A stretch of 64,000 bases of DNA from Spirochaetia bacterium (GCA_963662795.1 OY759746.1:992001-1056000), one strand, 5' to 3'. Counted from the first letter of the stretch, positions 9,301-19,736 are shown. Notes: a model not told the origin generated them from the letters alone. Numbers and translations are program-made.

Positions 9301-10708
9301 TTATTCTTTTCTCTTCCTGTGATACTGATAATGGAAGCAATATTTGTACCATAGTCCATTTTCCCGTCTCGCTTTCAACATTTATTTTTCCGCCATGCTG
9401 CTCAACTATCCTCTGGCTTGTTGTAAGACCAGTACCGGAACCTTCGGCTTTTGTTGAAAAAAACGGATCAAATATTTTATCAAGAGATACTTTTTCAATT
9501 CCTTTGCCATAGTCTTTAATTACAAGTTCCGCAAAACCTTTATTTATCCCTGTTGATACTTTTATAAGCCCTTTTTTTCTCTCTGAAGCCTGGATTGCGT
9601 TAAGAATTACATTGAGGATAACCTGTTTGAGCATTGACGCATCCCCTGTAACAGGCGGCAAATTCCTGTCTGCAGATATATCAACCCTGATCTGCTTGTC
9701 GTCTATCATTTTTTCGAGCAGTATAAATGTTTTGTCAATCAGGGTATTCAAATCTATCTGCCTGAATTCAGGGTCCCTTGGTTTCGCGAAATCAAGAAAG
9801 TTGTCAATAAAAGAGATAAGGCGCAGAACTTCCTCCTGAATGATTCCTGCGAATTTAATGATTTGCTTTTCTTCAGGATAATATATTTTAAGCAGTTCCG
9901 CAGAACCCTTGATTGGTTCCAGCGGATTTCTTATCTCATGGGCAAGGACAGAAGAGAGCTGCCCTACAATAGCCATTTTTTCATTCCTGATCCTTGATGT
10001 AATATTTTTATCCAGTCTTTCAGTCATGTTCCTGAAAGCCCTGGCAAGCTTTCCGACTTCATCATTTGAATTAGTGACAAAGTCCCATTTAAAATTACCT
10101 CCGGAAACTGACTCCGCCCCTTTGACAAGCTCCTTTATCGGTTTCGAAATCTGATTTCCCAGGAAAAAAGCAAGAAGCGCGCCTATCATAAGCGACATGG
10201 CGCCGAGCAGAATCATCTTTAACCACACAAGTTTTATAACATTGAGGTAGCTTTTACTGGTAAGTGTAATATGAAAGATCCCGATCCGCTCCTCTTCCAC
10301 AAGAACAGGGCTGTAAAACTCATATTTTACAAGATTATCTGTGCCGGTCTCTTTTTTCACAAGAGTGGATTTAAGATCTTCATCAATTATTCCGGGATTG
10401 TTTACTTCCCCCAGCCGGTCAATGTCGGTGTGCATTTTAACAATATAATTAGTGTCAAGCAGCTCTCCGGAAAGTACGTCGCTGTCTTTGGAAAGGGCAT
10501 CAAAATAAAGCCTGACCGACGAATAGTCGTAGTTGAGCATGGGAATTATTGAGGATACAGCAATAATTTCAGCCAGAACCGATCCTTTTTTCTCAATCTG
10601 CTCCTCAATAAGCCTTTTCTGGGTATTCGCTGAAAAAGCTACAAGGATTGTTCCTGTAACAAAAACAATAAGCACAATCGAAAGGATAATTTTGGTTGTT
10701 ATCTTCAT
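9293..10708 (-). CDS. Membrane sensor histidine kinase with HAMP domain
   Basis: Two TM segments flanking a periplasmic domain, HAMP (DEVGKLARAF), H-box LAHEIRNPL, N/G1/F/G2 boxes; overlaps the regulator by 8 bp. Confidence 0.95.
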   Translation of the reverse strand: MKITTKIILSIVLIVFVTGTILVAFSANTQKRLIEEQIEKKGSVLAEIIAVSSIIPMLNYDYSSVRLYFDALSKDSDVLSGELLDTNYIVKMHTDIDRLGEVNNPGIIDEDLKSTLVKKETGTDNLVKYEFYSPVLVEEERIGIFHITLTSKSYLNVIKLVWLKMILLGAMSLMIGALLAFFLGNQISKPIKELVKGAESVSGGNFKWDFVTNSNDEVGKLARAFRNMTERLDKNITSRIRNEKMAIVGQLSSVLAHEIRNPLEPIKGSAELLKIYYPEEKQIIKFAGIIQEEVLRLISFIDNFLDFAKPRDPEFRQIDLNTLIDKTFILLEKMIDDKQIRVDISADRNLPPVTGDASMLKQVILNVILNAIQASERKKGLIKVSTGINKGFAELVIKDYGKGIEKVSLDKIFDPFFSTKAEGSGTGLTTSQRIVEQHGGKINVESETGKWTMVQILLPLSVSQEEKRINE

Positions 10709-10793
10709 CGCTGTCTCCGGATTATGAAATTATAAACTTCAATCAATGAAATTGCACTGTGAAAAAAGTTAAATTTTATCTATAATTATTTCA

Positions 10794-11666
10794 ATGTTTT
10801 TAAAAAGATACCTGTTATCAGCCGTTTTTATTATATTATTTTTCCCGCTTGCCTCGTCAGACGCTGATGAAAATAAAAGCCGCATTATTAAATTCGGCCA
10901 CGCCTACGGCGAAAATTCAGCTGTTATTTTCAACAAATACGCACCTCTCATACATCTGCTCTCAACTGAACTTGACCGTAAAGTTGTATTTGTTTTAAAA
11001 AATACATACGAGGAAATGCAGACAGGGTATCTTAACAATGAAATCGATATGGGAATAATCAATGCCTATTCTTTTGTCAACATTATGGATTCGCCATTTC
11101 TGATACCTATCGCGGCCAGGGTCAAGGAGAACGATAAAAACTACACAAGCCTCTTCATAGTCAGAAAAGACAGCAGTATAATGTCGATAGATGATTTAAA
11201 AGACAAGTCATTCGCATTCGGGGACCCGTATTCAACAAGCGCGTTCCTTGTACCGATGTATCATCTTGATAAATTAAACTTCACTCCGGTAAAATTCTTC
11301 AGAGAAACAGTAACTATACCAAAGCAGGATTCAATTATATATTCAGTGATGAATAAGACTGTTGACGGCGGAGCTGTTGCATCCTTCATCTTTAATGAGC
11401 AGGATGAAACTGTTAAAAATAAATTCAGGGTTATCTTTAAAAGCGATCCTTTTCCCCTGGGCCCTTTTGTCGTCAACTCAGGCCTTGGAGAAGAAATGAT
11501 CAATAAAACAAGAAATTTTCTTCTCGGACTTGAAGATTCCGAAGAAGGGAGAAAGGCCCTTCTGCAGGCAGACCTTGACCCGTTTACAATTGTTGAAAAA
11601 TCCGATTATGACTGGCTCAAAAAAATAGCTGAATCAGGTTATAAACTGGAAAGATCAGGCGATTAA
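10794..11666 (+). CDS. PhnD/phosphate-phosphonate-type periplasmic substrate-binding protein
   Basis: Signal peptide, YTSLFIVRKDS, DLKDKSFAFGDPYSTSAFLVP, VDGGAV; no ABC partners adjacent. Confidence 0.85.
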   Translation: MFLKRYLLSAVFIILFFPLASSDADENKSRIIKFGHAYGENSAVIFNKYAPLIHLLSTELDRKVVFVLKNTYEEMQTGYLNNEIDMGIINAYSFVNIMDSPFLIPIAARVKENDKNYTSLFIVRKDSSIMSIDDLKDKSFAFGDPYSTSAFLVPMYHLDKLNFTPVKFFRETVTIPKQDSIIYSVMNKTVDGGAVASFIFNEQDETVKNKFRVIFKSDPFPLGPFVVNSGLGEEMINKTRNFLLGLEDSEEGRKALLQADLDPFTIVEKSDYDWLKKIAESGYKLERSGD

Positions 11667-11748
11667 TCAGCCCCCGGCAGTTATCATTCCATTTTTATAT
11701 ATATTTTTTCTTGAGTATTTTACGCTTTTACTTTATTCTTCTGAATTA

Positions 11749-12414
11749 TTGATGGAAACTGAAGGAAGAGAATTTTTTGACGTTGATCACACGATCACGC
11801 GTACATCAACTGCCATAAGCTACCTCATTCTAATGATAAAAAAGAAGCTGGTTCCCATAACCCTGCTTTCATCAGTTCCTTATGTATATCTCAACTATAA
11901 ATACGGAAAGATGAATGAAAAGCACTTTGACAGGAAAGTTCCTGAGATGATAGGTCTTGAACGTGAACTTTTTGACAATCTTGCCGTTGAAAATTTTGAG
12001 ATATATATTAAAAAATCAATTTATCCGAAAGCATTTGAATATATTAAACGCCTTAAGGATGAAGGTAAAAAGATTATCTTTGCCTCGTCTTCCATGGAGC
12101 TTGTCTTAAAGCCCCTTGTTGAGTATCTTGGGGCGGATGACCTTATCGCGACACGCGTTGATTTCAGGAACGGGAAATGCACAGGCACATTTATAGAATC
12201 GCCTGTATTTAAAAATGAGAAAAAAAGAAAAGTTCTTGAATATATCTCAGACAGGAATATTGTTCTTGAAAAATCCTCATTTTATTCAGACAGCATCCAT
12301 GACCTTCCTCTTCTTGAAGCAGTAGGCAGACCTGTCGCTGCAAATCCTGATATAAGGCTGAAATTTACAGCAAGAAAAAGAGGATGGGAAATTATCAACT
12401 TCAGGGAAAAATAG
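11749..12414 (+). CDS. HAD-IB family hydrolase (SerB-like)
   Basis: FFDVDHT motif I, ASSS motif II, conserved Lys, YSDSIHDLPLL motif IV, ANPD. Confidence 0.9.
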   Translation: MMETEGREFFDVDHTITRTSTAISYLILMIKKKLVPITLLSSVPYVYLNYKYGKMNEKHFDRKVPEMIGLERELFDNLAVENFEIYIKKSIYPKAFEYIKRLKDEGKKIIFASSSMELVLKPLVEYLGADDLIATRVDFRNGKCTGTFIESPVFKNEKKRKVLEYISDRNIVLEKSSFYSDSIHDLPLLEAVGRPVAANPDIRLKFTARKRGWEIINFREK

Positions 12415-12450
12415 TATTATCCCTGAGAAAACATCATTTTCAAGCTATTG

Positions 12451-13254
12451 TCATCTGTATTCAATTTCAAGAAAAACAGGCTTATCAAGCGTAAGAAACC
12501 TTATTACAGGAATTTTAAAACTTACCCTGCTTCCGTTTATTTTCCCCCCGTCAGCGCGGGTCACTTTCCCTTTTACATTAATTTCAACATCAGCGTAGCA
12601 GTCTGATATTATTTTACCCGGGGCAGGACCTGTTTTGCCTGAATCTGCACCGCTGCCTCTTCCGCTGCTGTTTCCGTTTCCCAGAGAGGCGGCGTATTCA
12701 CCGAAAACATAGTCGGCAAGCTCAAGATATTCTTCCTCTGAATAGGGATTGTCAGTCTGGGGAGTGAGCCCTGCCAGAACCGGGTTATCCTCAAACGCAA
12801 AAGCTTTATTGAGTTTCCTGTAGTTATTCCTGTCAAGGTTAAAAGTAATTTTTTTTATTCCGCTGCTTTCTGAAAATGAAAACATCCCCGCTGCCGTGCT
12901 GCTTTTAATGCCTTCCGCATTGTTTTTCACAATAAATGAAAGCTTTAATTCAGGTCTGGAAGAGGATGCAGGCGAAATTTTTTCAAGCGAAATACCTTCA
13001 AGAGTGCTGAACGCTTCCTTAATCCTGTTTATGTCAAAATAGGATTCTATCTCAACTCCCGTTCCTGCCGCTTCTGACAGATCGTTGATATAGCTTGTAA
13101 ACATTTTTGTAAGCTTTATTTCAACATTACAGGAGATGTCGCCATTTTCCGCAACATTAATAACCTGCTTTGAGCTGCAGGAAGGAAATAAGAATGCCGC
13201 AGCTGATATAATCAATGAGATCAGTATAATACGGGAGATAAATTTATTGTGCAT
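12451..13254 (-). CDS. Hypothetical spirochaetal lipoprotein
   Basis: Basic N-terminus, hydrophobic stretch, LFPSC lipobox; Gly/Ser-rich insertion near residue 190. Confidence 0.75.
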   Translation of the reverse strand: MHNKFISRIILISLIISAAAFLFPSCSSKQVINVAENGDISCNVEIKLTKMFTSYINDLSEAAGTGVEIESYFDINRIKEAFSTLEGISLEKISPASSSRPELKLSFIVKNNAEGIKSSTAAGMFSFSESSGIKKITFNLDRNNYRKLNKAFAFEDNPVLAGLTPQTDNPYSEEEYLELADYVFGEYAASLGNGNSSGRGSGADSGKTGPAPGKIISDCYADVEINVKGKVTRADGGKINGSRVSFKIPVIRFLTLDKPVFLEIEYR

Positions 13255-13531
13255 GGATGAAATTTAGATTCAAACAGACAATTGGTCAACACATTTTATT
13301 CTGCCGCTATTTCCTTCCCAGAGGGGATTTTCGCTTTTATCCCTGAAATAACAAGTTTTCCGGCCGATACAATACTTACCTGGGTTATGTGATCCTCAGG
13401 CATAAATCTGTCTGCATTTGCTGTTTCCCCGGCTTTCATTGTACCGGTCATACTTTCATCATGCCCGTAAAGCCCCAGATGCAGATCACAAACATTATCA
13501 CCGGAATGCAGATACCATCCGCTGATTTTTA

Positions 13532-14086
13532 TCAGCTGTAATTTTTAATCAGCGACTCATAAAGCCTGTTGTATTTTTCATGAATCATTTTCCTGTCGAA
13601 TTCCCGGAATTCGGCAAGCATGGTATCAAGTTCATCAGAGGAAAAATACTTTTCTGTCTTCGGGAAAAATACCAGATCTTCTTTCCTGATATGGACCGGA
13701 TAGAAATCAATTAAAAAGGTAAGTTTTTCAGTAATTATTTTCATTCCGGAAAGATCGCCGCCGGCATACCGCCTGTTTGCCGCTACAAGTTCTCCTACAA
13801 CCTTTCTTGCAATAATATGTTCATCAACAAGCTCCCGCATCATTTTTGTGTCTTCGGCATTCATTTTTTTCTTTTCGAGTTCCCTGAACAGGATATCCTC
13901 CTCCTTTCCATGATGAGTCCTGTCTGCATAAATTTTTATAAAATCAACAACAGTATCAATAAAAACCGGATTTACTGATTTTGTTTTTTCTATAACAACA
14001 AGTTCTTTTTTTACAATATCAAGCATCTTTTCAATCAGCCTGTGCTCGATCATCATTGCTCCTCTTGGTTTCATCAGTCCCTCCAT
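13532..14086 (-). CDS. Hemerythrin/HHE cation-binding domain protein
   Basis: EHRLI...HHGKEEDILF...DEH...HIRKEDLVFFP (two HxxxE repeats). Confidence 0.9.
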   Translation of the reverse strand: MEGLMKPRGAMMIEHRLIEKMLDIVKKELVVIEKTKSVNPVFIDTVVDFIKIYADRTHHGKEEDILFRELEKKKMNAEDTKMMRELVDEHIIARKVVGELVAANRRYAGGDLSGMKIITEKLTFLIDFYPVHIRKEDLVFFPKTEKYFSSDELDTMLAEFREFDRKMIHEKYNRLYESLIKNYS

Positions 14087-14264
14087 AAAAGATTATTCGC
14101 CTTCACAGCGCGCTATTACTGCACGATGACATATCCGGTGTACTATAATAATACTACAATTTTTGTCTGCGCGCAAAAACCTGTATTTATCCCGTACTTG
14201 ATTTTAGCCGTTTTTTGTTGAATGTTTAAAGAACATAAACATATCAGAGGAAGGGAAGCTATAT

Positions 14265-15047
14265 ATGGAAAACAGGGTAAGGCAAATACTGACAGGCGGC
14301 GGAAAAGCACTCGGCACATTTTTCGAAATAGGCGGATGCAGCGCAGTTGAATGTCTCGGCATCTCGGGGCTTGATTTTCTGATTATTGACACGGAACACG
14401 GCCCTTTTGATGTTGAAAGCACTATGGATTTCATAAGGGCCGCAGAACTTAAGGGAATAACACCGTTTGTAAGGGTAAAAGACGTCACCCGCCCTTCCAT
14501 TCTCAAAATGCTGGATATCGGCGCGAAAGGGCTTATTATCCCCTGCGTCAATACAGTTGACGAGGTAAGAAAAATTATTGAATACGGCAAATATTACCCC
14601 GCCGGGAAAAGAGGCTTTTTCTTTGGAAGGGCCGCTTCATACGGGTATGATGCGGCAGCGAAAAATATTGATACATGGTTTGATTCAAGCAACAGGGAAA
14701 CGCTTTTAATACCCCAGTGCGAAACAACAGGGTGCCTTGAAAACATTGAGGAAATTGTAAATACTGAAGGGGTTGACGGTATCTTTATAGGCCCCTACGA
14801 CCTTTCAATCGGTATGGGCAAACCTGCGCAGTTCAGCGACCCTGAATTTCTTGCCGCGGTAGACCGGATACTGAAAGCGTGCGCGGATGCGGGGAAATTC
14901 TCTTTTATCTATACTGTGAGCACTGCCGCTGCCAAAGAATATTTAAGACGGGGATTCAGCGGCGTTGCCGTCAATACAGATGTTTCAGTTTATATAAACG
15001 CTTTCAAGTCGATTATTAAGGAAGTAAAATCTTCCCTGCCTCTTTAA
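14265..15047 (+). CDS. HpcH/HpaI-family class II aldolase
   Basis: DFLIIDTEHG, LDIGAKGLIIPCV, PQCET, DGIFIGPYDLS motifs. Confidence 0.92.
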   Translation: MENRVRQILTGGGKALGTFFEIGGCSAVECLGISGLDFLIIDTEHGPFDVESTMDFIRAAELKGITPFVRVKDVTRPSILKMLDIGAKGLIIPCVNTVDEVRKIIEYGKYYPAGKRGFFFGRAASYGYDAAAKNIDTWFDSSNRETLLIPQCETTGCLENIEEIVNTEGVDGIFIGPYDLSIGMGKPAQFSDPEFLAAVDRILKACADAGKFSFIYTVSTAAAKEYLRRGFSGVAVNTDVSVYINAFKSIIKEVKSSLPL

Positions 15048-15631
15048 CTGACGCAACGGCAAAACCCGCCTTTTCAAGCCTCTCCCTGAGTGAGGAAACA
15101 AGCTCAGCGTTACTGCCTGCAGTTCCTCTTTCAAGGCTGCGCGAAACCTCAAACCCGGTGCGGACAAATAAGGCGCCCTTCCCGGCCGCGGCAAGATGGC
15201 TTGTCAAAGCCGGAGCTTCCGGCGAAGATCATTCCCCACCTGCTGCCTTCAGGGACTCTTTTAACCGGAAAATCAAGAAGTTTAAGATCCCAGGACATTC
15301 CCCATTTCACATCAAATATAAAGCTGAAATTGCAGGGGAGCTGCACAATCCCCCCCATTAATTAAGGATAAAGCTGTCTGGAGATGGCCTGTATCAAATA
15401 TTTCAAACGACGGCTTTGCGTTTCTCTCTTTCATCCGGCTTATCCAGTACCTCACATCAGAGACAGAATTGCGGTATACCTCATCCCCGAAATTAAGTGA
15501 GCCGATGTTGAGTGAGCCCATCTGTGCATGGGGATTGTCAACAGGCAGGATCCGTCCTCTGCGCCAAGATCTGAAAGGCCGCCGGTAGAGGCTTCAATTT
15601 CATTCTCCGGTGATATGTTACTCATTTTCAT
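15016..15631 (-). pseudogene. Degraded beta-keto acid cleavage enzyme (BKACE/Kce, DUF849)
   Basis: Fragments in different frames: IEASTGG; MGSLNIGSLNFGDEVYRNS...KPSFEIFDTGHL; FSFIFDVKWGM; VRTGFE...SNAELV. At least three frameshifts, and the N-terminal HxH metal-binding region is missing. Confidence 0.85.
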
Positions 15632-15725
15632 CAGTTATGTGCAGAGGAAAACTGTACGTTCAACTTCGCCGGCACAGGAATTTATCTCTTGATTTTCATT
15701 TCAGTGCCGTTCATAATTGTTAACC

Positions 15726-16580
15726 ATGAAAGGTCTGATTATAGCGGCAGGGTACGGCACGCGGTTCCTCCCTGTTACAAAAACAATACCGAAAGAGATG
15801 CTTCCCCTTATAAACAAACCCTCTATAGACTTCATAATTGAAGAGTTTGTAAAATCAGGGATAAGGGAAATACTGATAATCACGTCGAGACGTAAAAAGG
15901 CTCTTGATGATTATTTCGACAGGGAAATGGAACTTGAAGCAGTTTTTGAAAAAGAAGGAAATTCCGCAAAATTAAAGTCAATCAAACAGCCTGAGGCCGA
16001 TATTTTTTTCAAACGGCAGGAAGAGATGAGGGGGACAGGACATGCGATACTCGAGGCATGGCCTTTCATCGGGAATGAACCTTTCGTAGTAGCATACCCG
16101 GATGACCTTCACTTCGGGGAAAAACCTCTTGCTTCACAGCTTATCGGCACTTATGAAAAAACAGGATGTTCTGTTTTATCCGCACTGCATAACCCGCCGG
16201 ACCTTCAGCGATACGGCGTTCTTGCCCTCGCCGGTGACGGGCTTCATGTAACAAATATTGTAGAAAAACCTTCCCCCGGGGAAGAACCGAGCAGGGAAGC
16301 CTCTATCGGGCGGTATCTTTATACGCCTGATTTTTTCCCCCTCCTTAAGGAAGGGTGGGATTTACATCTCGCGTCAGGCGGCATTGGAGAGTATTTTCAC
16401 GTCTATGCCCTTAAAAAGCTTATGGATGCCGGTAAAGTTGTATTCAAATCGATAGAAGGAGAACGCCTTGACACAGGTTCTCCTTCAGGATACCTCAGGG
16501 CAATATTAAGATACTCGATGAGCAACCCGGAACTTAAAAAAGTCCTTAATGAAGAGTGCGGGAAACTGTGCAGGGATTAG
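15726..16580 (+). CDS. galU: UTP--glucose-1-phosphate uridylyltransferase
   Basis: MKGLIIAAGYGTRFLPVTKTIPKEMLP, GTGHAI, EPFVVAYPDD, IVEKP, GRY, DTG motifs. Confidence 0.9.
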   Translation: MKGLIIAAGYGTRFLPVTKTIPKEMLPLINKPSIDFIIEEFVKSGIREILIITSRRKKALDDYFDREMELEAVFEKEGNSAKLKSIKQPEADIFFKRQEEMRGTGHAILEAWPFIGNEPFVVAYPDDLHFGEKPLASQLIGTYEKTGCSVLSALHNPPDLQRYGVLALAGDGLHVTNIVEKPSPGEEPSREASIGRYLYTPDFFPLLKEGWDLHLASGGIGEYFHVYALKKLMDAGKVVFKSIEGERLDTGSPSGYLRAILRYSMSNPELKKVLNEECGKLCRD

Positions 16581-17539
16581 AAAAACTTAAATGCTCATTT
16601 ATCGGGCTCGGCAGGATAGCGAGCCTTCTTGAGGATGACCCTCTGCGTGAAAAACCCTGCACTCACGCGGGGGCAGTATCGTCAAATCCGGACTGCGTTA
16701 TAGCAGGCGGCTGCGATAACGTCAGGGAGAGGCGGGACCTTTTTTCCAGACGGTGGGACTGCCCTGTATTCGAAGATCCGGTTGAAATGCTTGAGAAAAC
16801 TGATCCTGATATTGTATTTATAGCGACCCACCCGGACTCACACCTGGAAATGACGCAATACGCCATAGCACGGGGCGTCAGGGTTATTGTCTGTGAAAAA
16901 CCCCTTGCCGATACACTGAAAAAAGCTGAAAAACTTTCCTCATGCCATAAAAAGGGCCTTGCTAAAATTATTACCAACCACGAGAGGCGTTATTCCGGGG
17001 ATTATATCCTCGCGAAGAAAAGAATTGAGGAAAAAACCTACGGCAACCTTCTTTCAGTTTCAGCTTTCCTTTACATGGGAAAAAACAAGCGGATTATTGA
17101 AGTCATGTGGCACGACGGAACACATCTTGCTGATGTTATCATGTACCTGACAGGCAGTATGCTAAAGAAGAAAAAAACAACAGGGAGCCTCAGGAGTAAA
17201 ACCGGAACAGTTCATATTTCGGCGGAAGCCGGGAAGCTGCCGGTGCTGATACAGTGCGGAGCGGGAAGGGACCATCTTGTATTCTCATTTGAGCTTTCTT
17301 TCGAATCCGGGATGATTAGAATAGGTAATGGTATATATGAGGAATGGATAAGCGGGGAAAGCCCTTACTACAGCGGTTTTATGTCATTGATCAAAAAAGA
17401 GACACCATTAATGGAAAAAACAGGGTACTTTAAAAACATGGTTAAAGATGCTGTAAAGGCTGCAAGGGAACCTGAATACAATCCGGCTTCAACTGCCGTT
17501 GACGGATACAGGGCGGTAAAATTTCTCTCATCGCTTTAA
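16556..17539 (+). CDS. Gfo/Idh/MocA-family NAD(P)-dependent oxidoreductase
   Basis: IGLGRIA Rossmann motif, CEKPLA, NHERRY, HDGTHLAD; overlaps galU. Confidence 0.9.
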   Translation: MRETVQGLEKLKCSFIGLGRIASLLEDDPLREKPCTHAGAVSSNPDCVIAGGCDNVRERRDLFSRRWDCPVFEDPVEMLEKTDPDIVFIATHPDSHLEMTQYAIARGVRVIVCEKPLADTLKKAEKLSSCHKKGLAKIITNHERRYSGDYILAKKRIEEKTYGNLLSVSAFLYMGKNKRIIEVMWHDGTHLADVIMYLTGSMLKKKKTTGSLRSKTGTVHISAEAGKLPVLIQCGAGRDHLVFSFELSFESGMIRIGNGIYEEWISGESPYYSGFMSLIKKETPLMEKTGYFKNMVKDAVKAAREPEYNPASTAVDGYRAVKFLSSL

Positions 17540-17556
17540 ATGCCTGAATCTGTTTA

Positions 17557-18300
17557 TCACAATAATTCCGAGAATAATTTTATTCCGTTCCTGCCGTTTC
17601 CCTTGACATGATAAAGAGCAATATCCGCCCTTTTGATTACATCTTCAATATCGTTGTCTTCTTTAAGTAATTCAGCCACACCAATACTGACAGTAATGCT
17701 GATTAATCTATCATTACCGATTTTAATTTTTCTGTTTATAATTTCCTGCCTGAGTTTTTCCAAAGGCAAAATTGATGTTTTTTCTTCACAGCCGGGAAAA
17801 ATAATTATAAATTCATCACCGCCGTATCGGCCGACAATATCAATTGCCCTGAGGATGCCTGATTTTGTTAAAATATCACCTAATTCCTGTAAAATCATAT
17901 CACCGGCAAAATGACCGAAGGAATCATTAATTTCCTTGAAAAAATCTATATCCAGCATGGCACATACAAATTTGTTTACATTTTTTTTTCTGTCGTAATT
18001 TTTCCGTGTATAGTATTGAAATTCCTTCCTGGAGAGCATCATAAATCCGCGCCTGTTAAGGAGATTAGTCAATTCATCAGTAACACTTATTCTTTCTATT
18101 TTCTGATTCAGCTTCTCAAGTTCTTTTCTCTGGCGCATTATAATCTGTATTTTCTCTGTCAGCGCGTATGTAAGCGTTGATAATTCTTCTGTTTCCCTCA
18201 GGCGCGCATCTCCGGCCATTTTAGCGAGACGCTTATAGTATTCCGCTTCATTTACTTTTTGTTCGAGCTGCTCTTTAAGCTCATAAGATACAATATCCAA
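17557..18300 (-). CDS. Diguanylate cyclase (coiled coil + GGDEF)
   Basis: TDELTNLLNRR, DIDFFKEINDSFGH, intact RYGGDEF with I-site RAID. Start placed at TTG 18300, 6 nt after SD GAAGGAG. Confidence 0.92.
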   Translation of the reverse strand: MDIVSYELKEQLEQKVNEAEYYKRLAKMAGDARLRETEELSTLTYALTEKIQIIMRQRKELEKLNQKIERISVTDELTNLLNRRGFMMLSRKEFQYYTRKNYDRKKNVNKFVCAMLDIDFFKEINDSFGHFAGDMILQELGDILTKSGILRAIDIVGRYGGDEFIIIFPGCEEKTSILPLEKLRQEIINRKIKIGNDRLISITVSIGVAELLKEDNDIEDVIKRADIALYHVKGNGRNGIKLFSELL

Positions 18301-18370
18301 ACAGAACTCCTTCAAAAATTGTTTTTATCTGTACCACATCCCCGCAAAATCATAACCTGCCGGAAACAAT

Positions 18371-19591
18371 TTACTGTGAAAACATTATAAGCACTCCCGT
18401 CCAGTCGAGACCCCGGGTCTTTTTTACAAACGGGGCAATTTCAACACCGGAGTAAAACCCGAACAGAGGAACATTGTTGGCATTGAAAACACTTTGTACT
18501 TCTGCTGCCTCATCTGTTACAGCTTCAGAGGCAGCTTCCTTCCTTCCTGCGCAGTCAATATAAAATCCCCACCGGGGTATTTTCCCCTTTTCTTTTATTT
18601 CCCTGAAAATATTTTCTGTATTGGTTCTTGCAGAATCAATAATTGTTTTTGAGTCACGGAGCATAAACTGAATTTCTTCTCCGGCTTCAAAGTCTGTTTC
18701 AAAAAGAATGATACCCGATTTATCCGGTAAAAGACCGAGAATCAGACGCGTTACATAATTTTCCTCAATAAAATCCAGGCCGAATTTTTCACCATGGTTT
18801 TTTCCAATGGCAAGCCGTTTTACAGGGGTCTGCTTCTGCCAGTCTTTATTGCCGTACATTTCATTTATAACTTCTACAACAGGCCGGTTGTCAAGTTCAT
18901 AAATAACCGGCCCTTCGATTTTTGTAATTGTGTAATAAAGACCGTCTTTCGGTGTGCAGCCGTGCATAATTTTCCAGTCAGACTGAATGTCACCCCGTAA
19001 AAGAAGCGCGGCGGCATTCTGCGTTTGAACACTGTCTCCTGTAAACTGTATCGAGGATGAAAAATTGTAGTCCCCGATCAAACCTCCTCCAATAATCAGA
19101 ACATCCTTATCAATTATATCTTCCATGCCCTGAATCAGGGGTTTTGAAGAATTAATAACCGGAGGCCCATTTTCCCCCGAAGGAGTTTTTAATGAATCAT
19201 AAAAAAAAAGGAGAGTATCACCGTCTTTAAATGAAAACAGGCCTGCCAGATCACGGCCTGTCTGCCGCTCATCCTTATCAAGCCCTGAAGCTGAAGCAAA
19301 CTGCAGCTGAATATCATTATCTTCTATTACAACAATTCCTGCCGGATAATTCTCGTATGAGATAGTGCTGTTTGTAATTATCCCGATACCTGATCCTCCC
19401 AGAACAGGAGTTCCGGCCCCCAGCACTTCCCTTATCCCGTACAGCAGATCCTGTGCGTTTACAGAAGAACTGCAGAATGCGATGGCAAATGAGGCATTTT
19501 TAATTCCTCCTGTTTCGACAGCCTGAGAAGCAATTTTTAAGCCGGAAGTTTTTGCATCTTCTTCATTATTAAATCCGATACCAATTTTCAT
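18371..19591 (-). CDS. Stand-alone FIST-domain sensor protein
   Basis: GTPVLGGS, IIGGGLIGD, IMHGCTP, ITKIEGPVIYELDNRP, IDCAGR, GFYSGVEI: FIST_N plus FIST_C. Confidence 0.9.
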   Translation of the reverse strand: MKIGIGFNNEEDAKTSGLKIASQAVETGGIKNASFAIAFCSSSVNAQDLLYGIREVLGAGTPVLGGSGIGIITNSTISYENYPAGIVVIEDNDIQLQFASASGLDKDERQTGRDLAGLFSFKDGDTLLFFYDSLKTPSGENGPPVINSSKPLIQGMEDIIDKDVLIIGGGLIGDYNFSSSIQFTGDSVQTQNAAALLLRGDIQSDWKIMHGCTPKDGLYYTITKIEGPVIYELDNRPVVEVINEMYGNKDWQKQTPVKRLAIGKNHGEKFGLDFIEENYVTRLILGLLPDKSGIILFETDFEAGEEIQFMLRDSKTIIDSARTNTENIFREIKEKGKIPRWGFYIDCAGRKEAASEAVTDEAAEVQSVFNANNVPLFGFYSGVEIAPFVKKTRGLDWTGVLIMFSQ

Positions 19592-19736
19592 TTAATCTCC
19601 AGTCCATTAATTTAAGAAGTTAAAACTATCGCAGCCTTTATTTCCCTGAAACCCATGGTAACTTATATAACTATTATTTTATTTATCATTAAACTTATTT
19701 GTCAACCACATAATTACCCTCTATATTAAGGGATAT

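Noticed and set aside
13296-13532. Stop-free minus-strand frame of about 78 codons (51 aa from ATG 13451) downstream of the hemerythrin gene
   Set aside because: No convincing SD or recognisable motif; may be a gene remnant but cannot be supported.
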